Source: an uncultured Clostridia bacterium
GTDB taxonomy: Bacteria > Bacillota > Clostridia > Christensenellales > CAG-917
DNA: 59,344 bases
Direction: 5' to 3'
Assembly (NCBI GenBank): GCA_963532875.1
Contig: CAUSLO010000003.1
Span: 1 to 59,344, forward strand
Below the pieces are notes generated by a model. It had not been told where the DNA came from, made no database searches, and worked only from the letters and a program-made list of their open reading frames with translations. Position 1 is the stretch's first letter, and every line of letters starts with the position of its first letter. The translations under genes were made by a program, and so were the position numbers. Positions 1-11,062 of this stretch are shown one piece after another.

Positions 1-9
1 ATTATGAGT

Positions 10-1404
10 TTATTGAGGTGCGAGAGGCGGGATGAAACCATTATTGGCGAAGCCAAAACTTACCAGATATAAACCTAACAGTGCGGCAAGTAGAGTAGGA
101 ATTGTTACTATAACACCAACCTTAATGAAGTCAAAAAACGATAGTTTAAAGTGTTTGTGCCTAATTGTGCTTCTCCACATAACGGCGTTCATGGCAGATA
201 CTGGAGTTAGCAAAGATCCTATATTTGACCCGATTACAGTTGCGAAAACGGTGAAGAATAAAATCTCCTTATTGTGAATTTGTGCAACTTGCATGATGTT
301 TGTGAAGAATAGCGACATGGCGATATTGTTTAACAAGTTGGAAAAAATTACAGATAAAAACCCAGAAGAGAAAATTGTGTGTTTATTGTCTACAATCCCA
401 CTTAGAGAGTGCGTTATTTGTGCCTTTTCAAGAGCAAGAATAATTACAAACATTGAAAGTAAAAACGGAATTAAGTGCCAAGGCATACGACGCAAAGTTT
501 TTCTAATTTTTTTCATGTTCTGATGTTCAGCGAGAAAACAAATTGTTCCCGCAACAAGAACAAAGAGGAACGACGCAAAAGTTACAGCCCACATAGGAAT
601 ATGTGCGTATTGTGAAATTATAAGGAGGAATGTACATACAGAAATTCCTATAATTCCAATAACCAAAGCAGGCAGATTTTGAACTTTAACCACCATTGGG
701 GTAAATGTCATAGGCTTTGTTAATTTTTTTCTGAACAACAAATACAAAATTGATAATGAAGTAGCGGCTGCGAAAATTGTAGGCAATGTCATAACTGCTA
801 GGTATGGGACGAATTCAACCCCAAAACTTCTAGCAATGTAGTTGTTTGTAATATTCCCAACCAAAGAGAACATACTCCAAGTATTTGCGGATACAAATTC
901 CAAAAACAGAAATGGTCTTGGATCAATATCTGCATTCCTTGCAAAATAGCAAATAAACGGAGTTAGAGTCAGAATTACTGTTGCATTGCTAGTTAATACT
1001 GTCAAGAAGGCTACTAAAAAATATAAAATAAAGAACATTTGTTTCTGCGTCATACCATGTCTTTTAAGTGCCTTAGAAGCGAGTAGCCTAAAGAATCCAG
1101 TTTGATCTAGGAATATTGACAAACCTGACATTGATATGAAAATAATTAATATTTTTAGCGGGCTAATGTTCTTTGCTGACATATCAATTAGACGACTAGC
1201 AAAAGCATTGAAATCAGTTGCTTTACTTGCAAGAAGAGCAACTGCACAAAAGAAAGGTATAATCCAATACAAGTGTATTTTGAATTTTTTTATTCTTACA
1301 TTTAAATTTGCGACCATGCATATTACGGTGCTTATGCACGACAAAACCAGCATGGCTATAGCAAGTTGTTTCATATTCATTAAGTATTCTAAACTAAATA
1401 TCAA
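10..1404 (-). CDS. ArsB/NhaD-superfamily (CitMHS-like) anion permease
   Basis: The 464-aa ORF is hydrophobic throughout. Motifs 'LTSNATVILTLTPF' and 'SANTWSMFSLVGNITNN' resemble the duplicated hairpin motifs of citrate/arsenite-type permeases. The start is uncertain (Met codons at 1404, 1380, 1374). Confidence 0.55.
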   Translation of the reverse strand: MIFSLEYLMNMKQLAIAMLVLSCISTVICMVANLNVRIKKFKIHLYWIIPFFCAVALLASKATDFNAFASRLIDMSAKNISPLKILIIFISMSGLSIFLDQTGFFRLLASKALKRHGMTQKQMFFILYFLVAFLTVLTSNATVILTLTPFICYFARNADIDPRPFLFLEFVSANTWSMFSLVGNITNNYIARSFGVEFVPYLAVMTLPTIFAAATSLSILYLLFRKKLTKPMTFTPMVVKVQNLPALVIGIIGISVCTFLLIISQYAHIPMWAVTFASFLFVLVAGTICFLAEHQNMKKIRKTLRRMPWHLIPFLLSMFVIILALEKAQITHSLSGIVDNKHTIFSSGFLSVIFSNLLNNIAMSLFFTNIMQVAQIHNKEILFFTVFATVIGSNIGSLLTPVSAMNAVMWRSTIRHKHFKLSFFDFIKVGVIVTIPTLLAALLGLYLVSFGFANNGFIPPLAPQ

Positions 1405-1514
1405 AAATTATCAAGATTTTAAATTAATCGGGTTAGAATATCTATTTGTTAGGTGATAAATCCTTAAAATCACAATAAACAGAGGAAATTGGTACAAAAT
1501 AGTTCTAAAGTTAT

Positions 1515-1543
1515 TTGTAAATACAGCCGTGCTGTGTTAGAAT
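1515..1543 (+). promoter_or_regulatory. Sigma-70-type promoter for tRNA-Ser
   Basis: TTGTAA (1515-1520), a 17-nt spacer, then TAGAAT (1538-1543) preceded by TGT (extended -10). It ends 14 nt upstream of the tRNA 5' end. Confidence 0.45.
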
Positions 1544-1557
1544 ACGTTAATCTTTGA

Positions 1558-1648
1558 GGAGATTTACCCAAGTGGTTGAAGGGGCTCCCCTGCTAAGGGA
1601 GTAGTACGGTAACACGTAGCTAGAGTTCAAATCTCTAAATCTCCGCCA
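1558..1648 (+). tRNA. tRNA-Ser (anticodon GCU)
   Basis: Cloverleaf read by hand. Acceptor GGAGATT/AATCTCC; anticodon stem CTCCC/GGGAG with loop CT-GCT-AA; long variable arm; T-loop TTCAAAT; encoded CCA. Confidence 0.9.
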
Positions 1649-1656
1649 ACATAATT

Positions 1657-1681
1657 GCCGACTCAATGTCGGCTTTTATTT
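1657..1681 (+). terminator. Rho-independent terminator after tRNA-Ser
   Basis: GCCGAC-tcaat-GTCGGC hairpin followed by TTTTATTT. Confidence 0.6.
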
Positions 1682-1850
1682 GATTTGTAAGTGCAAAATG
1701 TATGTGTTCCCCCTTTAAATATATATAAATATTAATAAAAATATATAAGTTTGACATTTAATAGGATAAAACTAGTTCAACCGGCAAAATTTTTCTAAAT
1801 TTGGTATTTTTTTTTATGGTATACTTAAAAGTGTTTTATATGGAGGGAAC

Positions 1851-4800
1851 ATGTTAGCATTAAAAAATTTACAGAAGTCATATACACTAGGAAAGAATGA
1901 AGCAGTAAAAGTATTAAATGACATAAATATAGAATTTAGAGATAAAGAATTTGTATCTATTTTAGGACCAAGCGGATGTGGAAAGACAACACTGTTAAAC
2001 ATCATAGGCGGTTTAGATAAGGCAACAGGCGGAGACATAATTGTTGAAAACAAAAAAATTAAGGACTTTGATGCTGTTGAATTGGATACATATAGAAGTA
2101 AGCGAATAGGGTTTATCTTTCAATCATACAATCTAATCACGAATCTCAATATACTTCAAAACGTAGAACTTGCATTGACAATAGGCGGAGTATCACAAAG
2201 TGAAAGAAAGAAAAGGGCTATTGAGGCTTTAGAAAAAGTAGGGCTAAAGAAACATATTAGAAAGAACCCATTGCAGTTATCGGGTGGGCAAATGCAGAGA
2301 GTTGCAATAGCTCGTGCTCTTGTTAATGAACCAACAATTATTTTGGCGGATGAACCAACAGGAGCATTAGACTCTGAGTCTGGACTTCAAGTAATGGAAA
2401 TATTAAAAGAAATTTCAAAAGCAAGATTGGTACTTATGGTTACTCACAATCCAGATCTTGCAAAAGAGTATAGCGACAGAATTATTGAACTAAAGGACGG
2501 TTCTGTTGTTAAAGATAGTAGTCCATACGATTCAAGCGAATCGGGAGCATCAAAACCAGACATCTCAAATAACAAACTAATCCTCTTGAGGGGCGAATTA
2601 AAGCATTCTTTATACAAGGCAAGAAAGAGAGTTATGAAGAGTGCTAGATTGAACGAGTATCTGTTCTCTGAAATTTGCAGATTAAGAGACGGAGAACTTC
2701 CAGAAAAATATAAGGGTAATGCAAAAGCGATTGAAAAATTGAAGACGTTATCAGAGAAAAAAAGCAAAGAAATTGACAAGGTATTTGAAATAGAACAACT
2801 AATACAAGATTCAGCAAATTTCAACATTCACAAAATAAACGAAATCAAATTCCAATATGTAGTAAGAGATAGTTTGAAAGAAAAACTTGGATTTAATAAA
2901 GGCGAAGCAAACGAGAAGGAAATATCCCAAAAAGTCCTATCTTTCCTAAAGAGGATTAAAATCAAGATATGTCGTGAGAACTTCATTGAAGAACAAGCAG
3001 CAGATAATTTATTAAAACTAAGAGAATTAGACAGAACTGGTAGCACAAAGATTGAACCACAAAACAGAGTAGCATTGAATAAATATCGTAAAATGCTAGA
3101 TGAGTTAAGCGAATTAAAATTATATACCGATCGTATTGATACAATGACTCTAATTGAGTTACAAAGACTGGTAGGGAAATACAAAACAAGAAAATTCCAA
3201 AAGAAGACAAGATTAGGTAAGTGGCTAGAATCGCAGATTTCTTCAGATTATTCTTCAATGACAAGGATGACTGCTTTCAAGTTATCTATGAATAGTTTAA
3301 GAACAAAAAAACACAGAACAATCTCAACAGCAATAGCAGGAAGTATAGGTATCATAGGTGTAATCCTCGTACTAGGAATTTCTGCAGGTATGAAAACATA
3401 CATAAAACGAACAGAAGAAGCATCATTGGCGAAATATCCACTTGAGATACAAAGAGAGAGTTTTGATTTTAACCGAATGGTTGAAATGTTCCAGCAAGCA
3501 AACGAAGATAAGAATTTACCAAAATGGCCTAAGAAAAAAGACATATTGGTTAATAAGCAAGTTAGCAAAATGATATCTGAAATTTTAGGCAACATAGATT
3601 TATTAAATTCAAAAGGCAACGACTTGGCATTTGCAACACAGCATTTGGCACAGCATTTTGCCAGGAATAAAGATGACGGATATCTAAAGAAAGAGTATGG
3701 CGTTGATTTTTCCGTTTTTGCAAAGAGAGGGGAAGGCGACGAAGAAAGGTATGAGAAGGTTCATCCATATACAGACGTAATGAAAAAATACTTAGGTATG
3801 TTGCCAAAAGATTATCAAAGCAGAATAGAGGCAAACACATCAACCATGTTCCAAGGATGGACAGAGAGCCCAGGTGTTGAATTGTTAAAAACACAGTACG
3901 AATTGGTTGACGGAAAATGGCCTACAGACATAGGAGATACAACATTAGTAACTGACGAAAAGAATCAAATTCCAGACTACGTACTAGCACAGTTAGGATT
4001 AATAGATGGAACAGATTTGATTCAAAAAGATGTAAGTAAATTGATGAGTAAGTTAAATCGCTCAGAAATTATGGGTAAAGAGTATGAAATAGTACCAAGG
4101 TATAAGTACTTTGAAGAAAAAGCAGGACAATTTGAAGAGAGAGATGAGGGATACTTTCATCCAGAGGAGAAAGCAGATTATGCCAGAACGAAAGAAAATG
4201 TATTGAAAAATAGTGAGAAAGTTAAGATGAAAATCACAGGAGTAATTCGTCCAAAAAAGAATACTGAGGCTACTTTATTATCATCAAACATTTTATATTC
4301 AAACAAGTTAATACCATACTTAATTAAAAGAGGTTTAGATCAAGAAGTTGTAAAAAGACAAATGAATGCACTTACAAGTTATTCTGATAATGAGTTTCAA
4401 CTAAAAGCAAAGTTCACAAATAATACACTCAGCAAGATAGGGTTCACTCCTGAGGAAATAGAAAAAGGAAATATCGGATACAATACCAATGTTAAAAATG
4501 TAGGCAACGACAAAATGTATGAGCGCGTGCTAAGACAGTTAGGAGTTGCAGATCTGAACAATCCAAAGAATTTAAAAGCATATTTCACATCATATGCAGC
4601 AAAGGAAAGGTTTAAAGCAGAATTGAAGAAGATGGCAAATATGCCATTAAAAGAACATATAAGAAATTCAGAGACAAAATTTATAGACGGTTTTGGTGGA
4701 GAAGTAAAAGATAAAGCCAAAATAGTTTACATAGATTTCCTAGAACTCATTATGAAGTACATAAGGAGAATGGCTAATATTATCACATATGTTTTGGTTG

Positions 4801-5192
4801 GCTTCTCATCAATTTCATTGATTGTCTCTACGATAATGATTTCAATTATTGTATATACATCTGTCTTAGAGCGTAAAAAAGAAATAGGAATCTTGCGAAG
4901 TTTGGGAGCAAGAAAAAAAGATATATCACGACTGTTCAGTTCTGAATCATTCATGCTTGGATCAATATCAGGACTCATGGGTATTGCTGGTTCTCTAACT
5001 GTTTGGGGAATTCTGGAGGCAGTTATCCGCTTCAAATTCAAACTTATACAGCAGGGAGGACTCATTTCTATTAAATGGTATCACTGCGTAATTATGTTGG
5101 CGGTAAGTATTGTCTTAAGTATATTGGCAGGGTTGCTACCATCAGCCTTAGCAGCGAAACAAGATCCAGCAATAACTTTACGAACGCAATGA
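1851..5192 (+). CDS. MacB-type fused ABC transporter (N-terminal ATPase plus FtsX-like permease) with a long charged linker
   Basis: Walker A 'GPSGCGKTT', signature 'LSGGQMQR', Walker B 'ILADEPT', H-loop 'VTHN'. TM1 is '[23 protein letters not shown]', followed by a large extracytoplasmic domain. C-terminal FtsX motif '[17 protein letters not shown]' plus 3 TMs. SD GGAGGGA lies upstream. Confidence 0.85.
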   Translation: MLALKNLQKSYTLGKNEAVKVLNDINIEFRDKEFVSILGPSGCGKTTLLNIIGGLDKATGGDIIVENKKIKDFDAVELDTYRSKRIGFIFQSYNLITNLNILQNVELALTIGGVSQSERKKRAIEALEKVGLKKHIRKNPLQLSGGQMQRVAIARALVNEPTIILADEPTGALDSESGLQVMEILKEISKARLVLMVTHNPDLAKEYSDRIIELKDGSVVKDSSPYDSSESGASKPDISNNKLILLRGELKHSLYKARKRVMKSARLNEYLFSEICRLRDGELPEKYKGNAKAIEKLKTLSEKKSKEIDKVFEIEQLIQDSANFNIHKINEIKFQYVVRDSLKEKLGFNKGEANEKEISQKVLSFLKRIKIKICRENFIEEQAADNLLKLRELDRTGSTKIEPQNRVALNKYRKMLDELSELKLYTDRIDTMTLIELQRLVGKYKTRKFQKKTRLGKWLESQISSDYSSMTRMTAFKLSMNSLRTKKHRTISTAIAGSIGIIGVILVLGISAGMKTYIKRTEEASLAKYPLEIQRESFDFNRMVEMFQQANEDKNLPKWPKKKDILVNKQVSKMISEILGNIDLLNSKGNDLAFATQHLAQHFARNKDDGYLKKEYGVDFSVFAKRGEGDEERYEKVHPYTDVMKKYLGMLPKDYQSRIEANTSTMFQGWTESPGVELLKTQYELVDGKWPTDIGDTTLVTDEKNQIPDYVLAQLGLIDGTDLIQKDVSKLMSKLNRSEIMGKEYEIVPRYKYFEEKAGQFEERDEGYFHPEEKADYARTKENVLKNSEKVKMKITGVIRPKKNTEATLLSSNILYSNKLIPYLIKRGLDQEVVKRQMNALTSYSDNEFQLKAKFTNNTLSKIGFTPEEIEKGNIGYNTNVKNVGNDKMYERVLRQLGVADLNNPKNLKAYFTSYAAKERFKAELKKMANMPLKEHIRNSETKFIDGFGGEVKDKAKIVYIDFLELIMKYIRRMANIITYVLVGFSSISLIVSTIMISIIVYTSVLERKKEIGILRSLGARKKDISRLFSSESFMLGSISGLMGIAGSLTVWGILEAVIRFKFKLIQQGGLISIKWYHCVIMLAVSIVLSILAGLLPSALAAKQDPAITLRTQ

Positions 5193-5199
5193 TGATTAA

Positions 5200-6417
5200 T
5201 TAATGTCCAAAAGGTTTGAAGTCGCTTCCTTGATTATGTAATAATTCGGAGGCGATTTTACTTTTTACGATGCCTCTCGTAATAGAGGAGAAACCATATT
5301 TCTTTCGTACCTTATCCAAGCCTTCTTCAAATATTTCTTGCTTGTTTTCAAATAGGGTTAATTGGTTGTACTGATTAGATTCAAGTTCCCCGACAGCAAT
5401 AGATATGCTTCTAATAGGCATAGTAAAGTTGTAAAACGAGGATATAAGAGCGATGGCATTTTCTGCAATATCACTTGCCGAATATATTGGCAATGCATTT
5501 GCATTTTGTTTTTGAATGAACGAAAGATCTTGTTTCCTTAGAGATACAGAAATAAGTCTTCCATGTACATTCTGTTCTCTTAGACGAACCGCCAGGTATT
5601 CGCTAAGTCCATAAATGATAGGGTAGCAACTTTTAAGAGTAGGCATATCCTCGGGAGTTGTTATTCCATTTGAAATACTTTTAGGGATTTGTTTATCCTC
5701 AAAATGTCTTACTACACTCGAAGATTCTCCTCTTGCCATATCAGTTAATTCTTTGCCAATAACCCCAAAGTTTGCCTTCATGAGTAGATCATTTGCATGG
5801 TATAAATCGCTTATTGTACGAATATTCAAGTGCTTAAGTTTCTCATAAGTCTTGTTCCCAATGCCAATTAAAGTATTAACAGGAAAGTCTTTTATCTTCT
5901 CAAAGTACTCACTTTTAAATAGAGTGGTAATAGCATCGGGCTTTTTCATATCACTTCCCAGTTTTGCAAGGGCTTTTGTGAAGGAAATCCCGACGGATAT
6001 TGTTAAGCCCGTTGTTGCCTTAACATCTTCTTTAATTTTATTTGCGACCGTAATTGGATTACCTAAAATTTTTTCAGAGTTAGTTAAATCTAAGAAGCAT
6101 TCATCAATTCCAAATGGTTCTACCAAATCTGTATATTTTGTGTAAATGTTGAAAACAATTTTTGAGTATTTTGCATAGTCATCATACTGAGGTTTTAGGA
6201 TAATTAGGTCTGGGCATTTTTGCTTTGACTGAAATATGGGTTCGCCAGTTGAAACGCCAAATCCTTTAGCTATTTGATTTTTAGCAAGAATAATTCCGTG
6301 CCGAGCATCAATATCGCCAGCAACAGCAACAGGGTTTTCAGCATATTCTGGATAACTTAAAAGATTAACAGATGCAAAGAAATTATTGAGATCACAGTGA
6401 AAAATTAATTTATCCAT
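5200..6417 (-). CDS. dinB: Y-family DNA polymerase IV
   Basis: 'FHCDLNNFFASV', 'FGIDECFLDLT' and 'SVGISFTKALAKLGSDMKKPD' are the canonical DinB catalytic and thumb motifs. 405 aa. Confidence 0.9.
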   Translation of the reverse strand: MDKLIFHCDLNNFFASVNLLSYPEYAENPVAVAGDIDARHGIILAKNQIAKGFGVSTGEPIFQSKQKCPDLIILKPQYDDYAKYSKIVFNIYTKYTDLVEPFGIDECFLDLTNSEKILGNPITVANKIKEDVKATTGLTISVGISFTKALAKLGSDMKKPDAITTLFKSEYFEKIKDFPVNTLIGIGNKTYEKLKHLNIRTISDLYHANDLLMKANFGVIGKELTDMARGESSSVVRHFEDKQIPKSISNGITTPEDMPTLKSCYPIIYGLSEYLAVRLREQNVHGRLISVSLRKQDLSFIQKQNANALPIYSASDIAENAIALISSFYNFTMPIRSISIAVGELESNQYNQLTLFENKQEIFEEGLDKVRKKYGFSSITRGIVKSKIASELLHNQGSDFKPFGH

Positions 6418-6481
6418 GTCTCGATTGTATCACACGAATGCTGACAAACGGTTAGAACGGCAAAAATTACAAAACGCTCTA

Positions 6482-6510
6482 TTAAGTAGGTAGTGAGATT
6501 ATGGTATAAT
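6482..6510 (+). promoter_or_regulatory. Extended -10 promoter upstream of galU
   Basis: TTAAGT (6482-6487), a 17-nt spacer containing TGG, then TATAAT (6505-6510). It lies 20 nt upstream of the galU ATG. Confidence 0.4.
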
Positions 6511-6529
6511 AAGTAAATGCGAGGTACAC

Positions 6530-7408
6530 ATGAAAGTTAGAAAGGCTGTAATACCATGTGCTGGTTTTGGCACAAGATTTCTCCCTATTACTAAGGTAGT
6601 TCCAAAAGAAATTTTACCAATAATTGACACCCCAACTTTAGAGTACATCATTGATGAAGTTGTAGAAGCAGGGATAACAGAAATTTTATTGGTTGTTTCA
6701 AAAGAGAAAGTAGAAATAATTAAAAAGTTAATTGATGGCAATAAGGAATTAAATCAATTTCTTTTATCCGTAAATAAAAAAGATGAATACAAACTAGCAA
6801 ACAAAGAGAGACCAGCGAAGATTTCATTTGCAATCCAAGAAAAAATGGATGGGAATGGTAGAGCAATTCTATGTGCTAAAGAGTTCGCAAAAGGTGAGCC
6901 AATAGCAGTTCTTTTTGGTGATGACTTAATGCGTAAAGTTGGAGATAAAAATGTAACACAACAGTTAATTGAGGTATACGAATCAACAGGTAAAAGTGTA
7001 GTTGGTTGCCAAAGGACAGGAGAGGAAATCGCTAGACGTTGTGGCGTTATGAAATTGAACAAGCAAGAAGGAGAAAGAACTTGGGGTATTTACGGTATTG
7101 AAGAAAAACCAAAAGGAGAGTTACCTTCTGATTTAGTATCATTAGGACGTTTTGTTTTAGATAATGAAATTTTTTCTGCAATTGAAAAGTTTAAGCCAAA
7201 TTCACCAACTGATGAAGTTTATATAGCAGACGTAATTAATGGATTAGCAGAACAAGGGAAAGTTGTTGCATATGACTTTGTAGGCAAACGGTATGATATT
7301 GGAAACAAGTTAGGTTTCTTAGAAGCAACGATAGACTTTGCTTTGGCAGATGATAGGTATCATGATGACCTTATTAAACATATCAAGGGACTAAATTTGA
7401 ATGGCTAA
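6530..7408 (+). CDS. galU: UTP-glucose-1-phosphate uridylyltransferase
   Basis: N-terminal 'KAVIPCAGFGTRFLPITKVVPKEILPI' (GxGTRxLPxTK). Length of 292 aa is typical for GalU. Confidence 0.9.
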   Translation: MKVRKAVIPCAGFGTRFLPITKVVPKEILPIIDTPTLEYIIDEVVEAGITEILLVVSKEKVEIIKKLIDGNKELNQFLLSVNKKDEYKLANKERPAKISFAIQEKMDGNGRAILCAKEFAKGEPIAVLFGDDLMRKVGDKNVTQQLIEVYESTGKSVVGCQRTGEEIARRCGVMKLNKQEGERTWGIYGIEEKPKGELPSDLVSLGRFVLDNEIFSAIEKFKPNSPTDEVYIADVINGLAEQGKVVAYDFVGKRYDIGNKLGFLEATIDFALADDRYHDDLIKHIKGLNLNG

Positions 7409-9857
7409 AATTAGGTTTTCACAAGACTTAAAAAAAGTTATACAAAATTCAGTTAGGAGTGCACAAATAACTGGGGGGCTAGTCCGAACAGAACATCTTT
7501 TGTATGGCATAATGAAATGCCCAGACACATATTCATGCAAAATATTAACAACCTTCAAACTAACAAGACAGATGGTTGAGAAAGAAGTTATTATGGGCGA
7601 CAGACATGAAACTATCACACATTCCGAGGCGGCAAGCAAAGCATTAGCAGAAGGAGAGAAACTTGCAGAGGACAAGGGGGCAAACGAGGTACAAGTAGAA
7701 CATATTCTATACAAAATGTTGGATAACCCACAATGTGGAGCATATAAAGTATTAGTAAAAAATGAAGTTAATGTAGATGATGTAAAAGAGGGCATAGGGA
7801 AGAAAATCAATGTAGTAGTTACAAAATCAAGTCAAAGATATACGGAGCAGAACAATGATTATTTTAGACAAGAATATCGTCAACCTGCATTCGGGACTAC
7901 ATTCAAAGCAACATTTCAACCACTTGATTTCGACTTATACGAATTCGGGCAAAATTTAAACGATAAATATATAAAGGATCATGGAGATCCAGTAATTGGG
8001 CGAGGCAAAGAGATTGAAAGGACAATTTCAATTTTATGCCGTAAGACAAAAAACAACCCAATATTAATTGGAGAACCGGGTGTTGGTAAGTCTGCAGTAG
8101 TAGAGGGGTTAGCCCAAGCTATCGTAAAAGGGGATGTTCCTCAAGAATTAAGAGACAAAATAGTCTTTTCCTTGGACATATCTTCACTTGTTGCTGGAAC
8201 TAAATTTAGAGGCGACTTCGAAGAAAGATTAAAGAAATTAATTAGAAATATACAAATACGGAACGACATCATTTTATTCATAGATGAAATTCATATGATA
8301 ATGGGGGCTGGATCAACAGGAGACAACGTAGACCTAGCAAACATCCTAAAACCTATGTTGGCACGTGGTGAGTTGCAAACAATTGGAGCAACGACGAATG
8401 ACGAATATAAGAAATATTTTGAAAAAGACCCAGCACTTGCAAGAAGATTCCAACCAGTTCAAGTTGAGCCGACTTCAGTAGTTGATACAGTTCAAATCCT
8501 GCAAGGTCTTAAAAAATCATATGAACAACATCATGGCGTAATTATAACTGAGGATGCAGTAATCGCCGCAACATTGTTGTCAGACAAGTATATAACAAAT
8601 AGATTTTTGCCAGATAAAGCAATTGATTTAATAGACGAAGCAGCAACAAGAAAGAAGCACTTTGCGTTTGTAACTCCAGATAAATTAAGAACGCTAGATG
8701 AAGAATTAAAAGAATTAGATTTTAGAAAAATGGAAGCAACACGGAAAGGTAGGTATTCTGAAATCTCAGAACTAGATGATGAAATACTTAAGAAAAAAGA
8801 AGAATACAATGACTATGAACTTAAATGGATGCAACAAAGAAATAGCGTTAAGTCTGAAATCGGAGAAGAAGAAATAGCTGATGTAGTTGAAGAATGGACT
8901 GGCATACCAGTTAAACGTTTAACAGAGCAAGAAAAAGCAAGTGTTGTCTCTTTAGAGGAAGATTTGGCTAGAAGGGTTGTTGGTCAACCCGAAGCAATCA
9001 AGGCAGTTGCTACGGCAATCAAGAGAGCAAGGGCCGGGCTTAAGGAAGAAAACAAGCCGATAGGGTCATTCATATTCATGGGGCCAACAGGTGTTGGTAA
9101 AACGGAACTTGCTAAAGCTTTGGCAAAAAATATGTTTGGCGACGAGAACAAGTTAATACGTTTTGATATGTCAGAATATATGGACAAGATAAATGTATCA
9201 AAATTGATTGGTGCAGCACCAGGATATGTTGGGTACGAGGAAGGCGGACAACTTACCGACAAAATTCGTAGAAACCCATATTCAGTAGTTTTATTTGATG
9301 AAATTGAGAAGGCAAATCCAGATGTGTTCAACATACTATTACAGTTACTAGATGATGGAAGATTGACGGATAACAGAGGAAGGGTTACCGACTTTAAGAA
9401 TACGGTCATAATACTCACAACAAATTTAGGGGCAAATTATCAAAAACCTAAACTAGGATTCAACAGTATTTCAAGCGAGGATGAGAAAGAAGAGCAACGC
9501 AGAGTGCTTAAGCAAATGTTGAGACCTGAATTGATTAACAGAATTGATGAAGTCATAACTTTCCATAGTCTAACGCAAGAAGATATTTTGAAGATTGCTG
9601 AAATTCTTTTTAATTCATTAATAAAGAAACTAGACGACTTGAATATTAGAGCAACAATTTCTCAAGAGGCAAAAGAGTACGTTGCGAGGAAAGGATACGA
9701 TGCAGATTTCGGAGCAAGAGAGTTAAAAAGAACAATACAAAAGTTGCTAGAGAATAAATTAAGCGACATGATTCTTAAGGCACAAATTAGACAAGGAGAT
9801 AGCATTTCAATAGAAATGCAAGATGGGAAACTAAAGTTTTTTAAACTCGAGGAATAG
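7401..9857 (+). CDS. clpC: Class I Clp/Hsp100 ATPase, ClpC-type
   Basis: Clp_N repeats at the N-terminus. Two AAA modules ('GEPGVGKSA'/'ILFIDEIH' and 'GPTGVGKTE'/'[10 protein letters not shown]'), a short middle domain, and a 'KLGFN' ClpP-docking-type tripeptide. 818 aa. Confidence 0.85.
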   Translation: MAKIRFSQDLKKVIQNSVRSAQITGGLVRTEHLLYGIMKCPDTYSCKILTTFKLTRQMVEKEVIMGDRHETITHSEAASKALAEGEKLAEDKGANEVQVEHILYKMLDNPQCGAYKVLVKNEVNVDDVKEGIGKKINVVVTKSSQRYTEQNNDYFRQEYRQPAFGTTFKATFQPLDFDLYEFGQNLNDKYIKDHGDPVIGRGKEIERTISILCRKTKNNPILIGEPGVGKSAVVEGLAQAIVKGDVPQELRDKIVFSLDISSLVAGTKFRGDFEERLKKLIRNIQIRNDIILFIDEIHMIMGAGSTGDNVDLANILKPMLARGELQTIGATTNDEYKKYFEKDPALARRFQPVQVEPTSVVDTVQILQGLKKSYEQHHGVIITEDAVIAATLLSDKYITNRFLPDKAIDLIDEAATRKKHFAFVTPDKLRTLDEELKELDFRKMEATRKGRYSEISELDDEILKKKEEYNDYELKWMQQRNSVKSEIGEEEIADVVEEWTGIPVKRLTEQEKASVVSLEEDLARRVVGQPEAIKAVATAIKRARAGLKEENKPIGSFIFMGPTGVGKTELAKALAKNMFGDENKLIRFDMSEYMDKINVSKLIGAAPGYVGYEEGGQLTDKIRRNPYSVVLFDEIEKANPDVFNILLQLLDDGRLTDNRGRVTDFKNTVIILTTNLGANYQKPKLGFNSISSEDEKEEQRRVLKQMLRPELINRIDEVITFHSLTQEDILKIAEILFNSLIKKLDDLNIRATISQEAKEYVARKGYDADFGARELKRTIQKLLENKLSDMILKAQIRQGDSISIEMQDGKLKFFKLEE

Positions 9858-9881
9858 CAAAAAAAAGCAATCATGTCAATA

Positions 9882-9910
9882 TTGAAGTTGCTATTAAGGT
9901 TTGATATATT
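9882..9910 (+). promoter_or_regulatory. Sigma-70-type promoter upstream of hpf
   Basis: TTGAAG (9882-9887), a 17-nt spacer, then TATATT (9905-9910). Confidence 0.4.
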
Positions 9911-9931
9911 TTGCATAAAGAGAGGTGCAAT

Positions 9932-10234
9932 ATGAAGGTAGAATATTTTGGAAAAGATTATGAAATAAGTGATTCTCTCAAAAACATAACAGATAAGAAG
10001 TGCCAGAAGTTAGATAAGTATTTCAAGTCAGATGAGAATGCAATAACTAAACTAAGAATTCTTAAAGATGGCTTAAATTACATAAGTGAAATGACCGTTG
10101 TATGTAAATCACAAACATACAGAGCGGAAGCAAAGGGATTAAATCCATTTGAAAATATTGACGAATTAATACCTAAGATTTTAGGTCAGATTAGAAAGCA
10201 AAAAGATATTTGGGAGAATGCTAGAAAAGACTAA
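9932..10234 (+). CDS. hpf: Short ribosome hibernation factor (S30AE/RaiA/HPF family)
   Basis: 'MKVEYFGKDYEISDSLKNITDKKCQKLDKYF' matches the HPF N-terminal pattern. The ATG at 9932 follows AGAGAGG; the longer ORF from 9911 lacks an SD. About 100 aa, with no long-HPF C-terminal dimerisation domain. Confidence 0.75.
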   Translation: MKVEYFGKDYEISDSLKNITDKKCQKLDKYFKSDENAITKLRILKDGLNYISEMTVVCKSQTYRAEAKGLNPFENIDELIPKILGQIRKQKDIWENARKD

Positions 10235-11008
10235 ATGAACATCGGAATATCTACAGCGACCTTTTATACAAAGTTCTTAACAGAACAAGCGTTTTCAGTA
10301 ATAAAGAAATGTGGGGCATCTACTTGTGAAGTTTTCATGGAAACTTTCTCTGAGTATGAGCCAGAATTTGGAGACATATTAGTTAAGGAAAGTAAAGGAC
10401 TCGAAGTATATTCCATTCATTCTTTAAATACTCACTATGAACCACAGTTGTTTAATAGAGTAGATCGAACTAGGTTAGATGCAGAAGCCATCTTGCATAA
10501 GGTATTAACCAATGCACAAAAGATGAAAGCGAAATATTACACATTCCATGGAACGACTAGGCTGAAGGTTACATCAAAGATTAATGTTGACAGTTTTGCA
10601 ACATCGCTCAATAAGATTGGGGAAATGTGTACACCATATGGGGTTACGTTGTGCCTTGAGAATGTTCATTGGGCAGCATTCAACTCTCCAGAATTTTTCA
10701 AAGAATTGAAACCTAAAATCAATAACATAGGAACGGTTTTAGATATCAAGCAAGCAAGACAGAGTGGAAGAAATTGGCGTGAATATATTAACGTTATGGG
10801 TAACACTATAAAAAATGTTCATATATCAGACGTCAAAGATGGTGAAACTACATTAGTAGGCAAAGGAGACTTTCCATTTAAAGAATTGATTGCAAGGTTA
10901 AGAGATGTTGGCTATGACGGTCCATTAATAATAGAACAATACCCAGAGAATTATCAAAGTTTAGATGAAATTAAAGATGCTGTTGAATATCTAAAAGCAC
11001 TTATTTAA
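10235..11008 (+). CDS. Sugar phosphate isomerase/epimerase (xylose-isomerase-like TIM barrel)
   Basis: The pattern 'YYTFHG', 'LCLENVH', 'LDIKQA', 'VHISD', 'IIEQY' is typical of the AP_endonuc_2 fold. The ATG directly abuts the hpf stop. Confidence 0.6.
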   Translation: MNIGISTATFYTKFLTEQAFSVIKKCGASTCEVFMETFSEYEPEFGDILVKESKGLEVYSIHSLNTHYEPQLFNRVDRTRLDAEAILHKVLTNAQKMKAKYYTFHGTTRLKVTSKINVDSFATSLNKIGEMCTPYGVTLCLENVHWAAFNSPEFFKELKPKINNIGTVLDIKQARQSGRNWREYINVMGNTIKNVHISDVKDGETTLVGKGDFPFKELIARLRDVGYDGPLIIEQYPENYQSLDEIKDAVEYLKALI

Positions 11009-11062
11009 AGTTGTATATTAACTTAGATTGTTTAATAATATTTTAAGTAGTTTGGAGGAAAC

